A stretch of 63,952 nt of DNA, filler included. It is 5 parts of 5 records of this genome, joined end to end, with 100 filler letters (N's around TTAATTAATTAA, not from the genome) between each part and the next. Parts side by side here need not be neighbours in the genome. Positions count along the whole stretch, not along the records: positions 22,172 to 45,605 come from SRR20825010_4142; 4 more parts are not named here. The stretch is one strand, 5' to 3'. Within the stretch, counting starts at the first letter, position 1; every line of letters starts with the position of its first letter. Both the position numbers and the translations under genes were made by a program. Shown here piece after piece: positions 30,242 through 41,131 of the stretch. The notes beneath the pieces are model-generated. The model saw only the letters and a list, made by a program, of their open reading frames with translations. It was not told the origin of the DNA and made no database searches.

Positions 30242-32968
30242 TCAGGAGATCAGCGGCCGTTCATATTGCCGAATAAGGAAGCCGATAAGCGCATCCTCGT
30301 CCAGCGGATAACTGAACAGGTTGCCCTGACACTGGGCGCAACCGGCGCTTTTGAGGAAGCTCAACTGCTGAGGCGTTTCCACACCCTCGGCAACAACGGT
30401 CAAGTGTAACTTTCTGGCCAGTGCGATCACCGCCGAGGCAACATCGGTTGCACTGACGTTGTACGGGATGTCGCGAATAAAACGATGGTCAATCTTGATA
30501 ACGTCCAATGGCAACTGCTGGAGCGCCACCAGAGAACAGGAACCGGTGCCAAAATCATCCAGGATCAGGCAGACACCCATGTCGTGCAGGGACACAAGGA
30601 GCTCTCTCAGCATACGCGGGTCTTCATTCAGAAGCTCCGCTGGCATTTCAAGTTCAAGCCGCTCTGGCGACACCCCCGTTTCGGTAATGACCTGGCGCAT
30701 CATATCCAGAAACCCGGAATCCGTCAGTTGGCGAACGGACAGGTTGACCGCCATTTTCAACGATTCAAACCCAGCCCGTTCGAGGGCCTGAACCTGGATA
30801 CAGGCCTGCCTCAGCGCCAGCTCGCCAAGGCGTATGATCAGGCCCGTTTCCTCGGCCAGGGTAATGAATTGCTGGGCACTGACCAGCCCCTTCTCGGGGT
30901 GGTGCCAGCGCAGGAAAGCCTCGACGCCAATCACCCGCTCACTCTCGAGATCCACCTTGGGCTGGTAATGCAGCACAAACCGATCGCCTTCCAGTGCCGT
31001 CGCCAGTTCTTCCTGCTGAAGCAGCCGCCTGGCTGCCTTGATGTTCATGGCCGGGGTAAAGAACTGGTAGGTGTTGCGCCCTAACTCCTTGGCCCGGTAC
31101 ATGGCCAGGTCGGCGTATTTCATCAGCGTGCCAGGGTCCTCACTATCATGGGGGATCATGGTAATACCGATACTGACGGTAACGCCCACTTCGTGATCGT
31201 TGAGACGAATTCGCTGGCACAGCCTCCGCAGTATGGCTTCGGCAACCTTGCCAGCGTCATCGGGACCGCTGATTCGTGACAACAGCACCACGAACTCGTC
31301 GCCACCCAGCCGGGCCACCGAATCTTCCTCCCGCACGCAGCCGGATAACCACTGGGAAACCTGCTTCAGCAGTTCGTCGCCACTATCGTGGCCGAGGGTA
31401 TCGTTGATACGTTTGAAGCCGTCAAGATCCAGGAACATCAGGGCGGCCGGCTCTTCCGTGCGACGACTTCTGCGCACCACATGGTTAAGCCTGTCACGGA
31501 ACAACTGCCGATTGGCAAGCCCGGTCAGCGGATCGTAGAACGCCAGGCGATGCAGTTCCGTCTGCGCCGCTTTCAGCTGGGTCAGGTCACGGAGGCTCAA
31601 CACCACCCCATTCACGCCGGGCACCGTCAACATGGCTGTGAACGTGCCTTCCATATCCCGCCACTGGCCTTGCGCATCGCGTATACGACCACGGATCACC
31701 GGCATCTGCTTCCCAGGTGATTTGACCGCTTCATCAAACCCGGACTTTAACTGCGGCCAATCCTCGGCATGCACCAGGGAGGCCAACTCCAGACCATAAA
31801 CCTTGTCGGGATCGAAGCCCAAAATGTCGTGACTGGACGGACTGGCGTAACGCGGTGTGCCATCGCGATCCAGCACAAGAGTCACGTTCGCGGCACCTTC
31901 GGTAATAGCCCGGTAGCGCCCCGCGCCAATCTGCGCCATGATCCGGCCACGAATCATGGTCAACACGAACAGGAACATCAGCAGACTGATAACAATACCG
32001 GAACCGAGAACGATGGGCGGCCGCGGATCAGACGCCAGGTAGTCAAACGCCGGTGTGGAACGGGTTTGCAGCAACCAGTCGCGCCCACCATGGGTAATGG
32101 TCTGACTCATTTCAAAACTGAAATCCTCATCCAGGGAGCCCAGGTTTGACCCATACATCTGCGTATCCCGTGACACCTCCCCGCTGTCGTATATTTTCAC
32201 GTCCAGGAATGGCGAGATCAGGCCGACGATGCCATCGAGCAGGGTGTTCATCCGAAAGGCACTGAACACATAACCGGCGAGCATCATCTGCCGCTCAACA
32301 CGACTTTCAGGTATTTCCCCACCCTGGTAAACAGGGTAATACATCAGGAAGCCAGCCTGATCCTCCGCCACTTCCTCCTGAACCAGCACGACTTTACCCG
32401 TCACTTTTGGCTCGGCATGGTCCCGTGCCCTCGCCATGGCATGCCGGTGCACAGGATCACTGAAGGCGTCGTAACCAAGTGCCTTGCGATTCCGCTCTGT
32501 TCCGGGCTCCAGATATACCATGGGGTAGTAATCCGGCCCGGTACCAAGAGGCGTCACGAGGTAATTGAGGACACCATCTTTCCTGACCGACGCGATGTGG
32601 TCCGCCATCTGGCGGACACCTATTCTTTTCACGTAGCCAATGCCCTGGATGCCCGGGTAATACCGGTTGATATCCACATTGTCGACGTATTCACGCCAAT
32701 CGTCCCTATCCACTTCACCGGCAACGGCAAACAGGCCCGCACTGCCGGCCAATACCTGCTCATAATTCAGCAGGCGCTCTTCAATAGCAGTTCGCAGCTG
32801 TAGTGACTGTGTTTTGAAACGGGCTTCGGTACGGTCTTCGACCAGGCGAATGGAAACTTGCCATAACAGGACGGTGACAGCGAGAGATGCAATCAGCACT
32901 AGCCATGCTGCCCACGAGTAGCGCAGCTGGAGCAGTTTCCGGAGGGGAAGTTCCTTTCTGTTCATCAT
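30242..32968 (-). CDS. CHASE-PAS-GGDEF-EAL c-di-GMP signalling protein
   Basis: TM-CHASE (YPGIQGIGY, RNRKALGYD)-TM, PAS, GGDEF with REED I-site, EAL domain reading EAFLRW and DDFGTGSCS. Confidence 0.92.
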   Translation of the reverse strand: MMNRKELPLRKLLQLRYSWAAWLVLIASLAVTVLLWQVSIRLVEDRTEARFKTQSLQLRTAIEERLLNYEQVLAGSAGLFAVAGEVDRDDWREYVDNVDINRYYPGIQGIGYVKRIGVRQMADHIASVRKDGVLNYLVTPLGTGPDYYPMVYLEPGTERNRKALGYDAFSDPVHRHAMARARDHAEPKVTGKVVLVQEEVAEDQAGFLMYYPVYQGGEIPESRVERQMMLAGYVFSAFRMNTLLDGIVGLISPFLDVKIYDSGEVSRDTQMYGSNLGSLDEDFSFEMSQTITHGGRDWLLQTRSTPAFDYLASDPRPPIVLGSGIVISLLMFLFVLTMIRGRIMAQIGAGRYRAITEGAANVTLVLDRDGTPRYASPSSHDILGFDPDKVYGLELASLVHAEDWPQLKSGFDEAVKSPGKQMPVIRGRIRDAQGQWRDMEGTFTAMLTVPGVNGVVLSLRDLTQLKAAQTELHRLAFYDPLTGLANRQLFRDRLNHVVRRSRRTEEPAALMFLDLDGFKRINDTLGHDSGDELLKQVSQWLSGCVREEDSVARLGGDEFVVLLSRISGPDDAGKVAEAILRRLCQRIRLNDHEVGVTVSIGITMIPHDSEDPGTLMKYADLAMYRAKELGRNTYQFFTPAMNIKAARRLLQQEELATALEGDRFVLHYQPKVDLESERVIGVEAFLRWHHPEKGLVSAQQFITLAEETGLIIRLGELALRQACIQVQALERAGFESLKMAVNLSVRQLTDSGFLDMMRQVITETGVSPERLELEMPAELLNEDPRMLRELLVSLHDMGVCLILDDFGTGSCSLVALQQLPLDVIKIDHRFIRDIPYNVSATDVASAVIALARKLHLTVVAEGVETPQQLSFLKSAGCAQCQGNLFSYPLDEDALIGFLIRQYERPLIS

Positions 32969-33022
32969 TCTCGTGCAGGTCCGATCCGTGGCCAGTAATC
33001 TGATTATTTTGGGAAGTATAAC

Positions 33023-33065
33023 AAAAGCCCCACTGGCTGTCGTTTAAACGACCCCCAGCAGGGCT
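33023..33065 (-). terminator. Probable terminator of the algU-muc operon
   Basis: Imperfect AGCCC...GGGCT stem enclosing the palindrome GTCGTTTAAACGAC; followed by TTTTGTT on the minus strand. Confidence 0.55.
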
Positions 33066-33111
33066 CTCAGTTTTGTACCATTTTGTGTCCGCCGATCCGG
33101 CGGATCAACCG

Positions 33112-34593
33112 TCAGGGCTTCATCACCAGATAAGTGGCCCGCCCCTGGCGAACAACGCGCACCGAGACGGCGCTGTCGTCTGGCAAGGAGGACACCGCTT
33201 CGCGGAAATCCTCCACAGAGGTGACTTTGCGGCGGTTCAGCTCGGTGATCACATCCCGTGGACGGATACCCGCATCAAGCGCTGGCCCGCGGGCAACGTC
33301 TGCCACAAGCACGCCCCCAGATATCCCCAGCGACTCCTGAAGCTCAGTTGGCAGAGGCTCAACCGTCATCCCCAATGGCGCCGATGATGGGCCGTTGTTG
33401 CTGGACGCCGGAGCGGAGGCCTGCTCCGAACCCTCTTCCGGCAGTTTGCCGATTTCAACGTCCAGTGTAATCTGCCGGCCTTCCCTCATTACTTCCATGG
33501 TGGCCGTTTCACCGACCGGCGTACGCCCTACCATCGGCGGCAGATCCGAAGACAACGTCACGTCCTCGCCCTCGTACTCGAGCACAATATCACCCGCCTG
33601 CAATCCCGCTTTCTCGGCAGGCGAGCCCGCCATCACTTCTGCAACCAGGGCGCCTCGAGGACGCTTAAGGCCAAATGACTCCGCCAGATCTCGATTAACC
33701 TCCTGTATCAGCACACCCAGCCAGCCACGGGAAACCGATCCATCGTCCCGAAGCTGCCGGAACACATTCATGGCATCATCAATGGGGATTGCAAAGGACA
33801 CCCCCATGAATCCACCCGAGCGGGTGTAGATCTGGGAGTTAATACCCACAACCTCGCCGTCCAGGTTAAACAGTGGCCCGCCGGAGTTACCCGGGTTGAT
33901 AGCAACGTCAGTCTGGATAAACGGAACGTAGTTTTCCGATGGCAGTGAACGGCCCAGGGCGCTGACAATGCCCGCTGTTACGGTGTAATCAAAACCAAAG
34001 GGCGAGCCGATAGCCAGGACCCACTCACCCACTTTCAAGTCATTGGAGCGCCCGATCCGCACCACAGGCAAGTCGTCGCCGCCCTCAATCTTCAGAACCG
34101 CCATGTCCGAACGTGGGTCAGTGCCAATCAGTTTGGCAGGCAATTCTCGACGGTCATTCAGGCGCACAATGATCTCGTCGGCCCCTTCCACCACATGGTT
34201 ATTGGTCAACACATAGCCATCACTGGAAACGATAAACCCGGACCCCATGGACTGACGCGGGGCTGAACCACCAGGGCTGCCGCCAAACGGTGACTGGGGA
34301 CCGCGGAAGAAATCCTGGAAAAACTCCGGTAACTGCTCAAGCTGTCGATCGTTAAAAGGGAGACCGTTTGAGCGGCCACGATTCGCTGACTTGGGCTCGG
34401 TCGTTGTACTGATGTTGACCACAGCATTCGAGTTCTCTTCGACCAACTCGGTAAAGTCAGGGAGACTGCGAGCTGAGACAGACTGAGCCAGAGACAAGGG
34501 AACAAGAAGACACAAAAGATACCAGACGAACACAATGGAACCCTGGCGCTGAGGCCGGCTCAGCATGTCTTGATCGTTCTTTACTTCAGGCAT
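33112..34593 (-). CDS. mucD: DegP/Do-family serine protease MucD
   Basis: GSGFIVS, TNNHVV, DVAINPGNSGGPL and two PDZ domains; last gene of algU-mucABCD. Start uncertain. Confidence 0.92.
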   Translation of the reverse strand: MPEVKNDQDMLSRPQRQGSIVFVWYLLCLLVPLSLAQSVSARSLPDFTELVEENSNAVVNISTTTEPKSANRGRSNGLPFNDRQLEQLPEFFQDFFRGPQSPFGGSPGGSAPRQSMGSGFIVSSDGYVLTNNHVVEGADEIIVRLNDRRELPAKLIGTDPRSDMAVLKIEGGDDLPVVRIGRSNDLKVGEWVLAIGSPFGFDYTVTAGIVSALGRSLPSENYVPFIQTDVAINPGNSGGPLFNLDGEVVGINSQIYTRSGGFMGVSFAIPIDDAMNVFRQLRDDGSVSRGWLGVLIQEVNRDLAESFGLKRPRGALVAEVMAGSPAEKAGLQAGDIVLEYEGEDVTLSSDLPPMVGRTPVGETATMEVMREGRQITLDVEIGKLPEEGSEQASAPASSNNGPSSAPLGMTVEPLPTELQESLGISGGVLVADVARGPALDAGIRPRDVITELNRRKVTSVEDFREAVSSLPDDSAVSVRVVRQGRATYLVMKP

Positions 34594-34672
34594 TAAAGAC
34601 CCCCTGTTCAGCGGACGTTATAAACTCAATGTGCGGTCAAAGCCGATAATTTCAACAGAGCCTGTTGGAACA

Positions 34673-35131
34673 TCATTCCGGGGAAGCGACCACCCCCTGC
34701 CTGACCTCCACCAATGTCGGCTCCCAGGTTCCCGCTTTACGTGACTGCCCCCTGCGAGCGGCCAGGAAGCCCAGGGCAAGTCCCGCCGCAGCACCCATCA
34801 TGGCGACGGCCTCACTGGCCGCGTGGCCTGCCGACAACTGGTGCCCCAAAACAGCCCCGGCCACCATCGACACCAATGGCAGGGCGTAAACAAGCAGGGA
34901 AGCACCAAGCAGCGCGGACTCATCAATGGCCACCGTCACCTCATCACCCACCTCGGCACCAAGGCTGTTGGCCACCAGAACCTGATTGGCCCTGCCTCCT
35001 GAAACACCGGCCAGTGCACGCTGGCCACAGCCATGACGAGCCGAGCAACTTTCACAGGCGCTGGTGCGAATCGTCTGCACCCATACCCGGTCGCCGGCAA
35101 CACCGACAACCCTCCCGGTTTCCGTAATCAT
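34673..35131 (-). CDS. rseC: RseC/MucC family protein
   Basis: SACESCSARHGCG Cys motif and two TM segments; operon position. Confidence 0.9.
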   Translation of the reverse strand: MITETGRVVGVAGDRVWVQTIRTSACESCSARHGCGQRALAGVSGGRANQVLVANSLGAEVGDEVTVAIDESALLGASLLVYALPLVSMVAGAVLGHQLSAGHAASEAVAMMGAAAGLALGFLAARRGQSRKAGTWEPTLVEVRQGVVASPE

Positions 35132-36177
35132 TTCCGGCCTCCGCCGAACGCCAGGGTATCGTCAATCGTCACTGATTCGGCCACCTTACGGGCCGTCGTC
35201 GGTGGAACTTCCCCAACCACAGTCACGAAAAACGCGATGTCATCCACACTGAGCTGTTTCATGTACACCGTGGTTGCGCCAATTCGCGAAGCGCCGGTGG
35301 GCATCACCATCTTCCGTGCTGGTTCGACAAACACAGAAAAGGCTGCCAGCCCATCCGAGAACGCCACTGCCTGCCCTTTGCCTGATCGCGGGGCAGCGGC
35401 GGGAACAAAACCATCCGGGCGCCACTCGAGCGTCCAACCATCCATCCGTGCCGCGGGAGACGACGTCTGTTCCGGTTTCAATTCCCGTTTGATGGCCTCT
35501 CCCTCCGTTTGCACGATAAATTCGCTATCCGGGAGAGAGTCCGTTATTTCAAGGCTGGTGAACTGAAAATGCTCAAGCACCTCACCGCCGACGGAACGCA
35601 CATGGCTCTTCACCAACAGACCGGTGGATTTTTCCAGCCATAACTGGTGACTGTATCGAAGATCATCCCTCGCCCTGAGCCCGAGCTTGACCACATCGTA
35701 ACCAGCAATACGATCATCGCCCACCAGCTCTGGCTGATACCATTGACTGACCGGCATCAACTGATGGGAAAATGCCTCGGCAAAAGGACCCGACGGAATA
35801 ACCTGATCCAACTGGATGCGCCCATGGTCAGGAAGCACACAGACAACCCGCATCCCCTTTCGCACGATCTCACCGCTGGCTCCGTCCTGCAGAACCAGCC
35901 GCTCTTCCACCATGCCATCCCGATACCGGTGCGCAATCTGCATCGAACTGACCTGATCACCCCGGGCATACACAAAGACGCCGCGATAGGACGTCATGTT
36001 GAGGGCAGGACCAAGACGGTTGAGCCAATATTCGGCGCTCTGTTCATTCTTCCCGGCGCTCTCCGCCGTCTCGGCAGACACTTGCCCTGTCAGAACGGTG
36101 AGCAACGTCAACATGACCAGCCCGTGCCTGATTGCACCAGGGAATCGACTCTGGATTGCCATTGCGATTCTGCCCAT
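35128..36177 (-). CDS. mucB: Sigma-E regulatory protein MucB/RseB
   Basis: YRGVFVY, ERLVLQDG and FSDGLAAFSVFVE motifs. ATG 36177 follows GGAG. Confidence 0.9.
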   Translation of the reverse strand: MGRIAMAIQSRFPGAIRHGLVMLTLLTVLTGQVSAETAESAGKNEQSAEYWLNRLGPALNMTSYRGVFVYARGDQVSSMQIAHRYRDGMVEERLVLQDGASGEIVRKGMRVVCVLPDHGRIQLDQVIPSGPFAEAFSHQLMPVSQWYQPELVGDDRIAGYDVVKLGLRARDDLRYSHQLWLEKSTGLLVKSHVRSVGGEVLEHFQFTSLEITDSLPDSEFIVQTEGEAIKRELKPEQTSSPAARMDGWTLEWRPDGFVPAAAPRSGKGQAVAFSDGLAAFSVFVEPARKMVMPTGASRIGATTVYMKQLSVDDIAFFVTVVGEVPPTTARKVAESVTIDDTLAFGGGRK

Positions 36178-36218
36178 CAGCCGTTTAACTCCAGCCAGTG
36201 TCCTGCAAACATGAAACG

Positions 36219-36788
36219 TCAATACCCTGGTCCGGACGCGCTAACGACACGCGCATAGCCAACGGAGCCTCGACCGGCTCCTACGCTGTTATGTTGGGCG
36301 TGCTCAAGAAGATAGCGGCTAAGATGTTCCCATTGCTCCTCATCAAGTCCTTGCAATGCCACCTCCGGCACCGGCTCGACCGCCGACTCCTGCCGATCCT
36401 GTTCTTCTGAAACGCCCGCGGCTGCAATCGCTCCACCATCTTCGGCGGACTCCCAACCAGCACCGGCGCCAAAACCAATCACCGCTGCCAGTGTGACCAT
36501 CGCAACCGCTGGCCAATGCCAGCTTTTGTCCCGGCGGGGCATCGAGCCGACTGTCGCAGCAGGCGATACCGCACCGCTGCCATCCAGAACATCCCTGACC
36601 CCAGCACTGACATCCACAGCCTCCGGTGCCACGCTGCCCTGATGCATGAGATCCCGCACCTGCTGCCAACGCTGCCACTGCGAACGAACCTGATCCTGCT
36701 CAGCGTGTGACAGCAGTCTGCGAACTGACAATTCATCTGCCTCGTCATCCATCATTGCCGACAGCGTTTCTTTGAGACGATCATCCAT
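36219..36788 (-). CDS. mucA: Anti-sigma factor MucA/RseA
   Basis: ETLSAMMDDE N-terminus, a single TM, YLLEHAQH C-terminal motif. Alternative start at 36803. Confidence 0.9.
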   Translation of the reverse strand: MDDRLKETLSAMMDDEADELSVRRLLSHAEQDQVRSQWQRWQQVRDLMHQGSVAPEAVDVSAGVRDVLDGSGAVSPAATVGSMPRRDKSWHWPAVAMVTLAAVIGFGAGAGWESAEDGGAIAAAGVSEEQDRQESAVEPVPEVALQGLDEEQWEHLSRYLLEHAQHNSVGAGRGSVGYARVVSASGPGY

Positions 36789-36802
36789 AGGATGCAACCT
36801 CA

Positions 36803-37420
36803 TTACGTCCGGGAATCATTTAACAAAGGGCCCAGGTGGCGATCCACTGCATCCCGTGCCCTGAATATTCGTGACCTTACCGTGCCGATGGGGCACTCGA
36901 GAATACCGGCGATGTCTTCGTAACTCAGCCCGTCGTACTCCCTGAGCAAAAACGCAGATCGAAGCTCCTCCGGCAAGTTTGATATCGCCACCCTGAGCGC
37001 GCTCTGCAACTGATCCCGCTGCAACAGTTTCTCCGGTGACGCATTGTCCCTGAGTCTTGAACCGTCGTCGTAATTCTCGGCTTCCCCCGCGTCGGCACTG
37101 CCTTGCGGACGACGCCCGCGGGACTCAAGAAAATTCTTGGCCGTATTCACGGCTATACGGTACAGCCAGGTGTAGAACGCGCTGTCTCCCCGAAAACGGT
37201 CAATCGCCCGGTACGCCTTGACGAAGGTTTCCTGGGTAAGGTCCATCACCTCCTGGCTGTCGTAGACATAACGACTGATAATCGACGCAACCCTGGACTG
37301 ATATTTGACAACCAGAAGATCAAAGGCGGGCCGATCACCATGACGGACCTTTCTTACCAGCTGAAGGTCTGTCTGGCTTTCGCTGCCGTCTTCCTTGTGT
37401 CTTTCTGTATCCGCATTCAT
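36803..37420 (-). CDS. rpoE: ECF sigma factor RpoE/AlgU
   Basis: FDLLVVKYQ, FRGDSAFYTWLYRIAVN and CPIGTVRSRIFRAR. Start uncertain (37420 or further upstream). Confidence 0.95.
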   Translation of the reverse strand: MNADTERHKEDGSESQTDLQLVRKVRHGDRPAFDLLVVKYQSRVASIISRYVYDSQEVMDLTQETFVKAYRAIDRFRGDSAFYTWLYRIAVNTAKNFLESRGRRPQGSADAGEAENYDDGSRLRDNASPEKLLQRDQLQSALRVAISNLPEELRSAFLLREYDGLSYEDIAGILECPIGTVRSRIFRARDAVDRHLGPLLNDSRT

Positions 37421-37555
37421 AGACGGAGTGCCGGAGTTGCCATAGCGTTCGACCGTCTGGCCCACTTGCCTGCTATTCAATGGAATCATGCTGCTGTCCG
37501 GCATCCGATGAGTCTACAATGCCCCCTTTTATCCGGGAGCACCCCGTCAGGCCAA

Positions 37556-37582
37556 ATAGACAGCGAGCGCAAAGTTTAGTTC
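37556..37582 (-). promoter_or_regulatory. Sigma-E (AlgU)-type promoter upstream of rpoE
   Basis: Minus strand reads GAACTA-N16-TCTAT, matching the GAACTT-N16/17-TCT consensus. Confidence 0.7.
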
Positions 37583-37619
37583 AATACACATCCACATTAT
37601 GGCCCGCGATTACGACCCG

Positions 37620-39224
37620 ATGCCACAGTCCTACGAATTCGATGTCCTGATTGTCGGCAGCGGTGCTGCCGGCCTCACTGTTGCCCTGAATTTGCCCGAG
37701 CACCTGCAGATCGCCGTCATCAGCAAGGCCGATATCAGCAGCGGCGCAACACTCTGGGCCCAGGGCGGCATTGCCGCCGTGCTGGATGACGACGACTCTC
37801 TTGAGAATCACGTCAGCGACACCCTCAACGCCGGGGGCGGCCTCTGCCACGAGGATGCTGTCCGGTTTACGGTTGAGCATGGCCGCGAGAGCATCAACTG
37901 GCTGATCGACAGCGGCGTCACCTTTACCCGCGATGACCAGTCCCAGTACCACCTGACACGGGAGGGCGGGCATAGCCACCGCCGCATTATCCACGCGGCC
38001 GATGCCACCGGCCACGCTGTTTCCACCACCCTGACGTCCCAGGCCCAGGCGCGCCCCAACATTACCCTGATGTCCCGCCGGGTTGCCGTAGACCTGATCA
38101 CCAATCGCAAGCTGGCATTGCCTGGAAACGCGTGCGTAGGCGCCTACATACTGAACCTGGAAGACAACCATGTCGAACTGTTCCGGGCCCGGTTCACTAT
38201 CCTCGCCACGGGCGGAGCCAGCAAGGCGTATCGCTATACCACCAACCCGGACGGAGCTTCGGGAGACGGTATAGCCATGGCCTGGCGCGCCGGCTGCCGG
38301 GTCGGCAATATGGAATTCAACCAGTTCCACCCCACGTGCCTGTACCACCCACATGCCAAGTCGTTCCTGATTACCGAGGCAGTGAGGGGTGAAGGCGGTG
38401 TGCTGAAGCTTCCGGACGGCTCCCGCTTTATGGATCGCTTCGATGATCGAGGCGAGCTGGCGCCCCGGGATATCGTGGCCCGCGCCATCGACCACGAAAT
38501 GAAACGGCTGGGTGCTGATCATCTATACCTGGACATCAGCCATAAACCGGCCGAGTTCATCAAACAGCATTTCCCAACCATTCGCGAAAAATGCCTGACG
38601 TTCGGGATTGATATCACCAAAGAACCGATCCCGGTGGTACCCGCCGCGCACTACACCTGTGGCGGCATACTCAGTGACGAACGCGCCCGCACCGACATCA
38701 ACCAGCTCTATGTTGTCGGCGAGGCTGCGTTTACCGGTCTGCATGGCGCCAATCGCATGGCCAGTAACTCCCTGCTTGAATGCCTGGTCTACGGCCGTGC
38801 CGCCGCTGCGGATATAGCGCGACGGGAATCGGACATTCCTGCACCACCCCAAGCACCGGACTGGGACGAAAGCCAGGTAAGGGATTCCGACGAAGACGTG
38901 GTAATCTCCCACAACTGGGACGAACTGCGGCATTTCATGTGGGACTATGTTGGCATCGTTCGTACGACCAAACGCCTGCAGAGAGCCAAGCACCGGATTG
39001 ATCTGCTGGAACGGGAAATTGGCGAGTTCTACAGCAACTACCGCGTCTCGAACGACCTGCTTGAGCTGCGCAACCTGGTGACCGTGGCGGACCTGATTAT
39101 CTGTTCCGCGTTGCAGCGCCGGGAAAGTCGCGGCCTGCACTACACACTGGATTTCCCCGGACTACTCCACGAGGCAAGGGATACCGTACTGGTTCCCACC
39201 ACTTACCGACGGTCGTCTCCCTGA
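37620..39224 (+). CDS. nadB: L-aspartate oxidase
   Basis: [30 protein letters not shown] and [15 protein letters not shown]; divergent from rpoE. Confidence 0.97.
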   Translation: MPQSYEFDVLIVGSGAAGLTVALNLPEHLQIAVISKADISSGATLWAQGGIAAVLDDDDSLENHVSDTLNAGGGLCHEDAVRFTVEHGRESINWLIDSGVTFTRDDQSQYHLTREGGHSHRRIIHAADATGHAVSTTLTSQAQARPNITLMSRRVAVDLITNRKLALPGNACVGAYILNLEDNHVELFRARFTILATGGASKAYRYTTNPDGASGDGIAMAWRAGCRVGNMEFNQFHPTCLYHPHAKSFLITEAVRGEGGVLKLPDGSRFMDRFDDRGELAPRDIVARAIDHEMKRLGADHLYLDISHKPAEFIKQHFPTIREKCLTFGIDITKEPIPVVPAAHYTCGGILSDERARTDINQLYVVGEAAFTGLHGANRMASNSLLECLVYGRAAAADIARRESDIPAPPQAPDWDESQVRDSDEDVVISHNWDELRHFMWDYVGIVRTTKRLQRAKHRIDLLEREIGEFYSNYRVSNDLLELRNLVTVADLIICSALQRRESRGLHYTLDFPGLLHEARDTVLVPTTYRRSSP

Positions 39225-39274
39225 AGGAAATGGCTCGGTCCACTCCAATGCCCACTGGTTAACTGAGAGAATCA

Positions 39275-39529
39275 ATGTCTGACAACACCGAATTCAACCG
39301 CCTCTACTGGCACAGCCGCCGCGGCATGCTTGAACTGGACGTTTTGCTGATCCCGTTCCTTGAAAACGCCTATCGAGACCTTCCCACTGAGGACCAGGCA
39401 CGGTACCAAAAGCTGATCAACTGCGAGGACACCGATATGTTCGAGTGGTTCATGCAGCGCAGCCGCCCGGAAGACCCCGACCTGCAACGCATCGTTGACC
39501 TCATACTGAACCGTGTCCAGCCGGATTGA
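39275..39529 (+). CDS. sdhE: FAD assembly factor SdhE
   Basis: [11 protein letters not shown] (RGxxE) motif, 84 aa. Confidence 0.93.
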   Translation: MSDNTEFNRLYWHSRRGMLELDVLLIPFLENAYRDLPTEDQARYQKLINCEDTDMFEWFMQRSRPEDPDLQRIVDLILNRVQPD

Positions 39530-40001
39530 ACTGGCACTGATTCCATCCCACGCTGTCGGGTTACTGTGCACCCTGCCCTGGCTGGCGCTGACCCTGTTCG
39601 TAGCCGCCGTAGCCAGTGAGTTCAGCCCCCTCCTTCTGGTGCTGGCTATCCCCTCACTCGTGGGTGCGGTTTTCGAGTATCGCCGAACCGGCTTGCTGGT
39701 CGGTCCGGCAGCCGTAACCGAACTACGGGTTGAGGGCGAGCAATTATACGTGCGCCTTCGCTCTGGGCAGGACCGCGCTGTCCAGGTTGCGGACGAAAGT
39801 CGTCTGGGTGCCAACTTTGCGATCTTGAAACTGCAGCATTCCGGCACCATATCGTGTACATATCCTGTTGTCCTGGTTGCCGTTACGCCGCGGTTTCGCA
39901 ACATCCCTTCCGATGCATTCCGCCGTTTGCGGGTCTGGCTTCGCCTGGGCCCGACCTCTGGCAGCAAGGCATCTGGTCGCCAAACGCAGGAAATCCACTG
40001 A
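39513..40001 (+). CDS. YgfX-like membrane protein
   Basis: Two N-terminal TM segments, [10 protein letters not shown]-terminal motif, overlaps sdhE. Confidence 0.7.
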   Translation: MSSRIELALIPSHAVGLLCTLPWLALTLFVAAVASEFSPLLLVLAIPSLVGAVFEYRRTGLLVGPAAVTELRVEGEQLYVRLRSGQDRAVQVADESRLGANFAILKLQHSGTISCTYPVVLVAVTPRFRNIPSDAFRRLRVWLRLGPTSGSKASGRQTQEIH

Positions 40002-40015
40002 TTCTGGAGCGCTTC

Positions 40016-41014
40016 ATGTCAGACATCGAAAGTCCGTTGGCCAACCATCCGCTTCCCCAGCCCCGCTGCGTTTTCATCTCTGACCGTGTCATGGTTCGAA
40101 TAGCCGGGCCAGGCACCGACAAGTTCCTGCAGGGGCAGTTCAGCCAGCAGATCGACGATGTCACCCAGGGTCATTCGCCAAGAGCGGCAGCCTGTACACC
40201 CAAGGGGCGCGCCTATTGCCTGACCCGGTTGGTGAGGGATGGTGATGACATATTGATGGAGCTGCCAGCGAATCTCTCCGACGGCACGGTGACTCATTTG
40301 CGCAAGTACCTGATGCTGTTCCGTGGTACGTCAATGGAGGTAGAGTCGGACGCTCGGATCATCGGACTTCTGGGCGATGCCGCAGTAGAAAAACTGCTGC
40401 CAGAAGGCACCGGTGCACTGGCAGTCGCAGGCGATTCCGTGAAAATCAACGGAGGCCACGTGATACGTACGATGGACACCGCCGAGGGCATGGCTCGCTA
40501 TGAACTCTGGCAAACGTGTGATCTGGACACATCGCTACAACAGGCTCTGGCGGACATTCCTGCAGCCCCCCTCGCCGATTGGCAGGCTTCCGAAATTGCT
40601 GCCGGCGTAGCATCGCTCACGGCCGCCACCACGGAGAGCTTCGTGCCGCAAATGCTGAACTGGCAGCATGTTGGAGGCATCCACTTCAAGAAAGGCTGCT
40701 ACACCGGGCAGGAAGTGATCGCGCGCATGCACTTCCTGGGGCAACTCAAAAAAAGCCTTTTCCGGTATACCTGCAGCGATGCCGGCACCCTGCCTGCCCC
40801 CGGTGAGTCGCTGCTGGACGGAGATCGGTCAGTGGGAAATGTCGTGAATTCTGTTGGTTTCTCTGACGGACACTCGGAGATTCTGGCCGTTGTGCGCCAC
40901 GATGCGGCGGAGAAATCATTGGTACCCGAGAGCGCCTCCGACGCGGTTCTGTCACTGCGCCCCTTGCCGTATTCTGTTCCGGAGCGTGAAAAAACCGACA
41001 CGCCTGATACATAA
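40016..41014 (+). CDS. ygfZ: Folate-binding Fe-S repair protein YgfZ
   Basis: KFLQGQ and KGCYTGQE signatures. Confidence 0.92.
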   Translation: MSDIESPLANHPLPQPRCVFISDRVMVRIAGPGTDKFLQGQFSQQIDDVTQGHSPRAAACTPKGRAYCLTRLVRDGDDILMELPANLSDGTVTHLRKYLMLFRGTSMEVESDARIIGLLGDAAVEKLLPEGTGALAVAGDSVKINGGHVIRTMDTAEGMARYELWQTCDLDTSLQQALADIPAAPLADWQASEIAAGVASLTAATTESFVPQMLNWQHVGGIHFKKGCYTGQEVIARMHFLGQLKKSLFRYTCSDAGTLPAPGESLLDGDRSVGNVVNSVGFSDGHSEILAVVRHDAAEKSLVPESASDAVLSLRPLPYSVPEREKTDTPDT

Positions 41015-41131
41015 GTTGACAGGAAGAATCCCGATAATTTGCTATAAAGTACGTCATATACATGAACATATTAGCCTTTCCGGACGTTCCTGCCGGCCAG
41101 GTGACACTTAACAGGCGGATTCAAACTGACT

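Noticed and set aside
39275..40001. sdhE-ygfX as a CptAB toxin-antitoxin pair
   Set aside because: SdhE has the RGxxE flavinylation motif and this is conserved housekeeping synteny.
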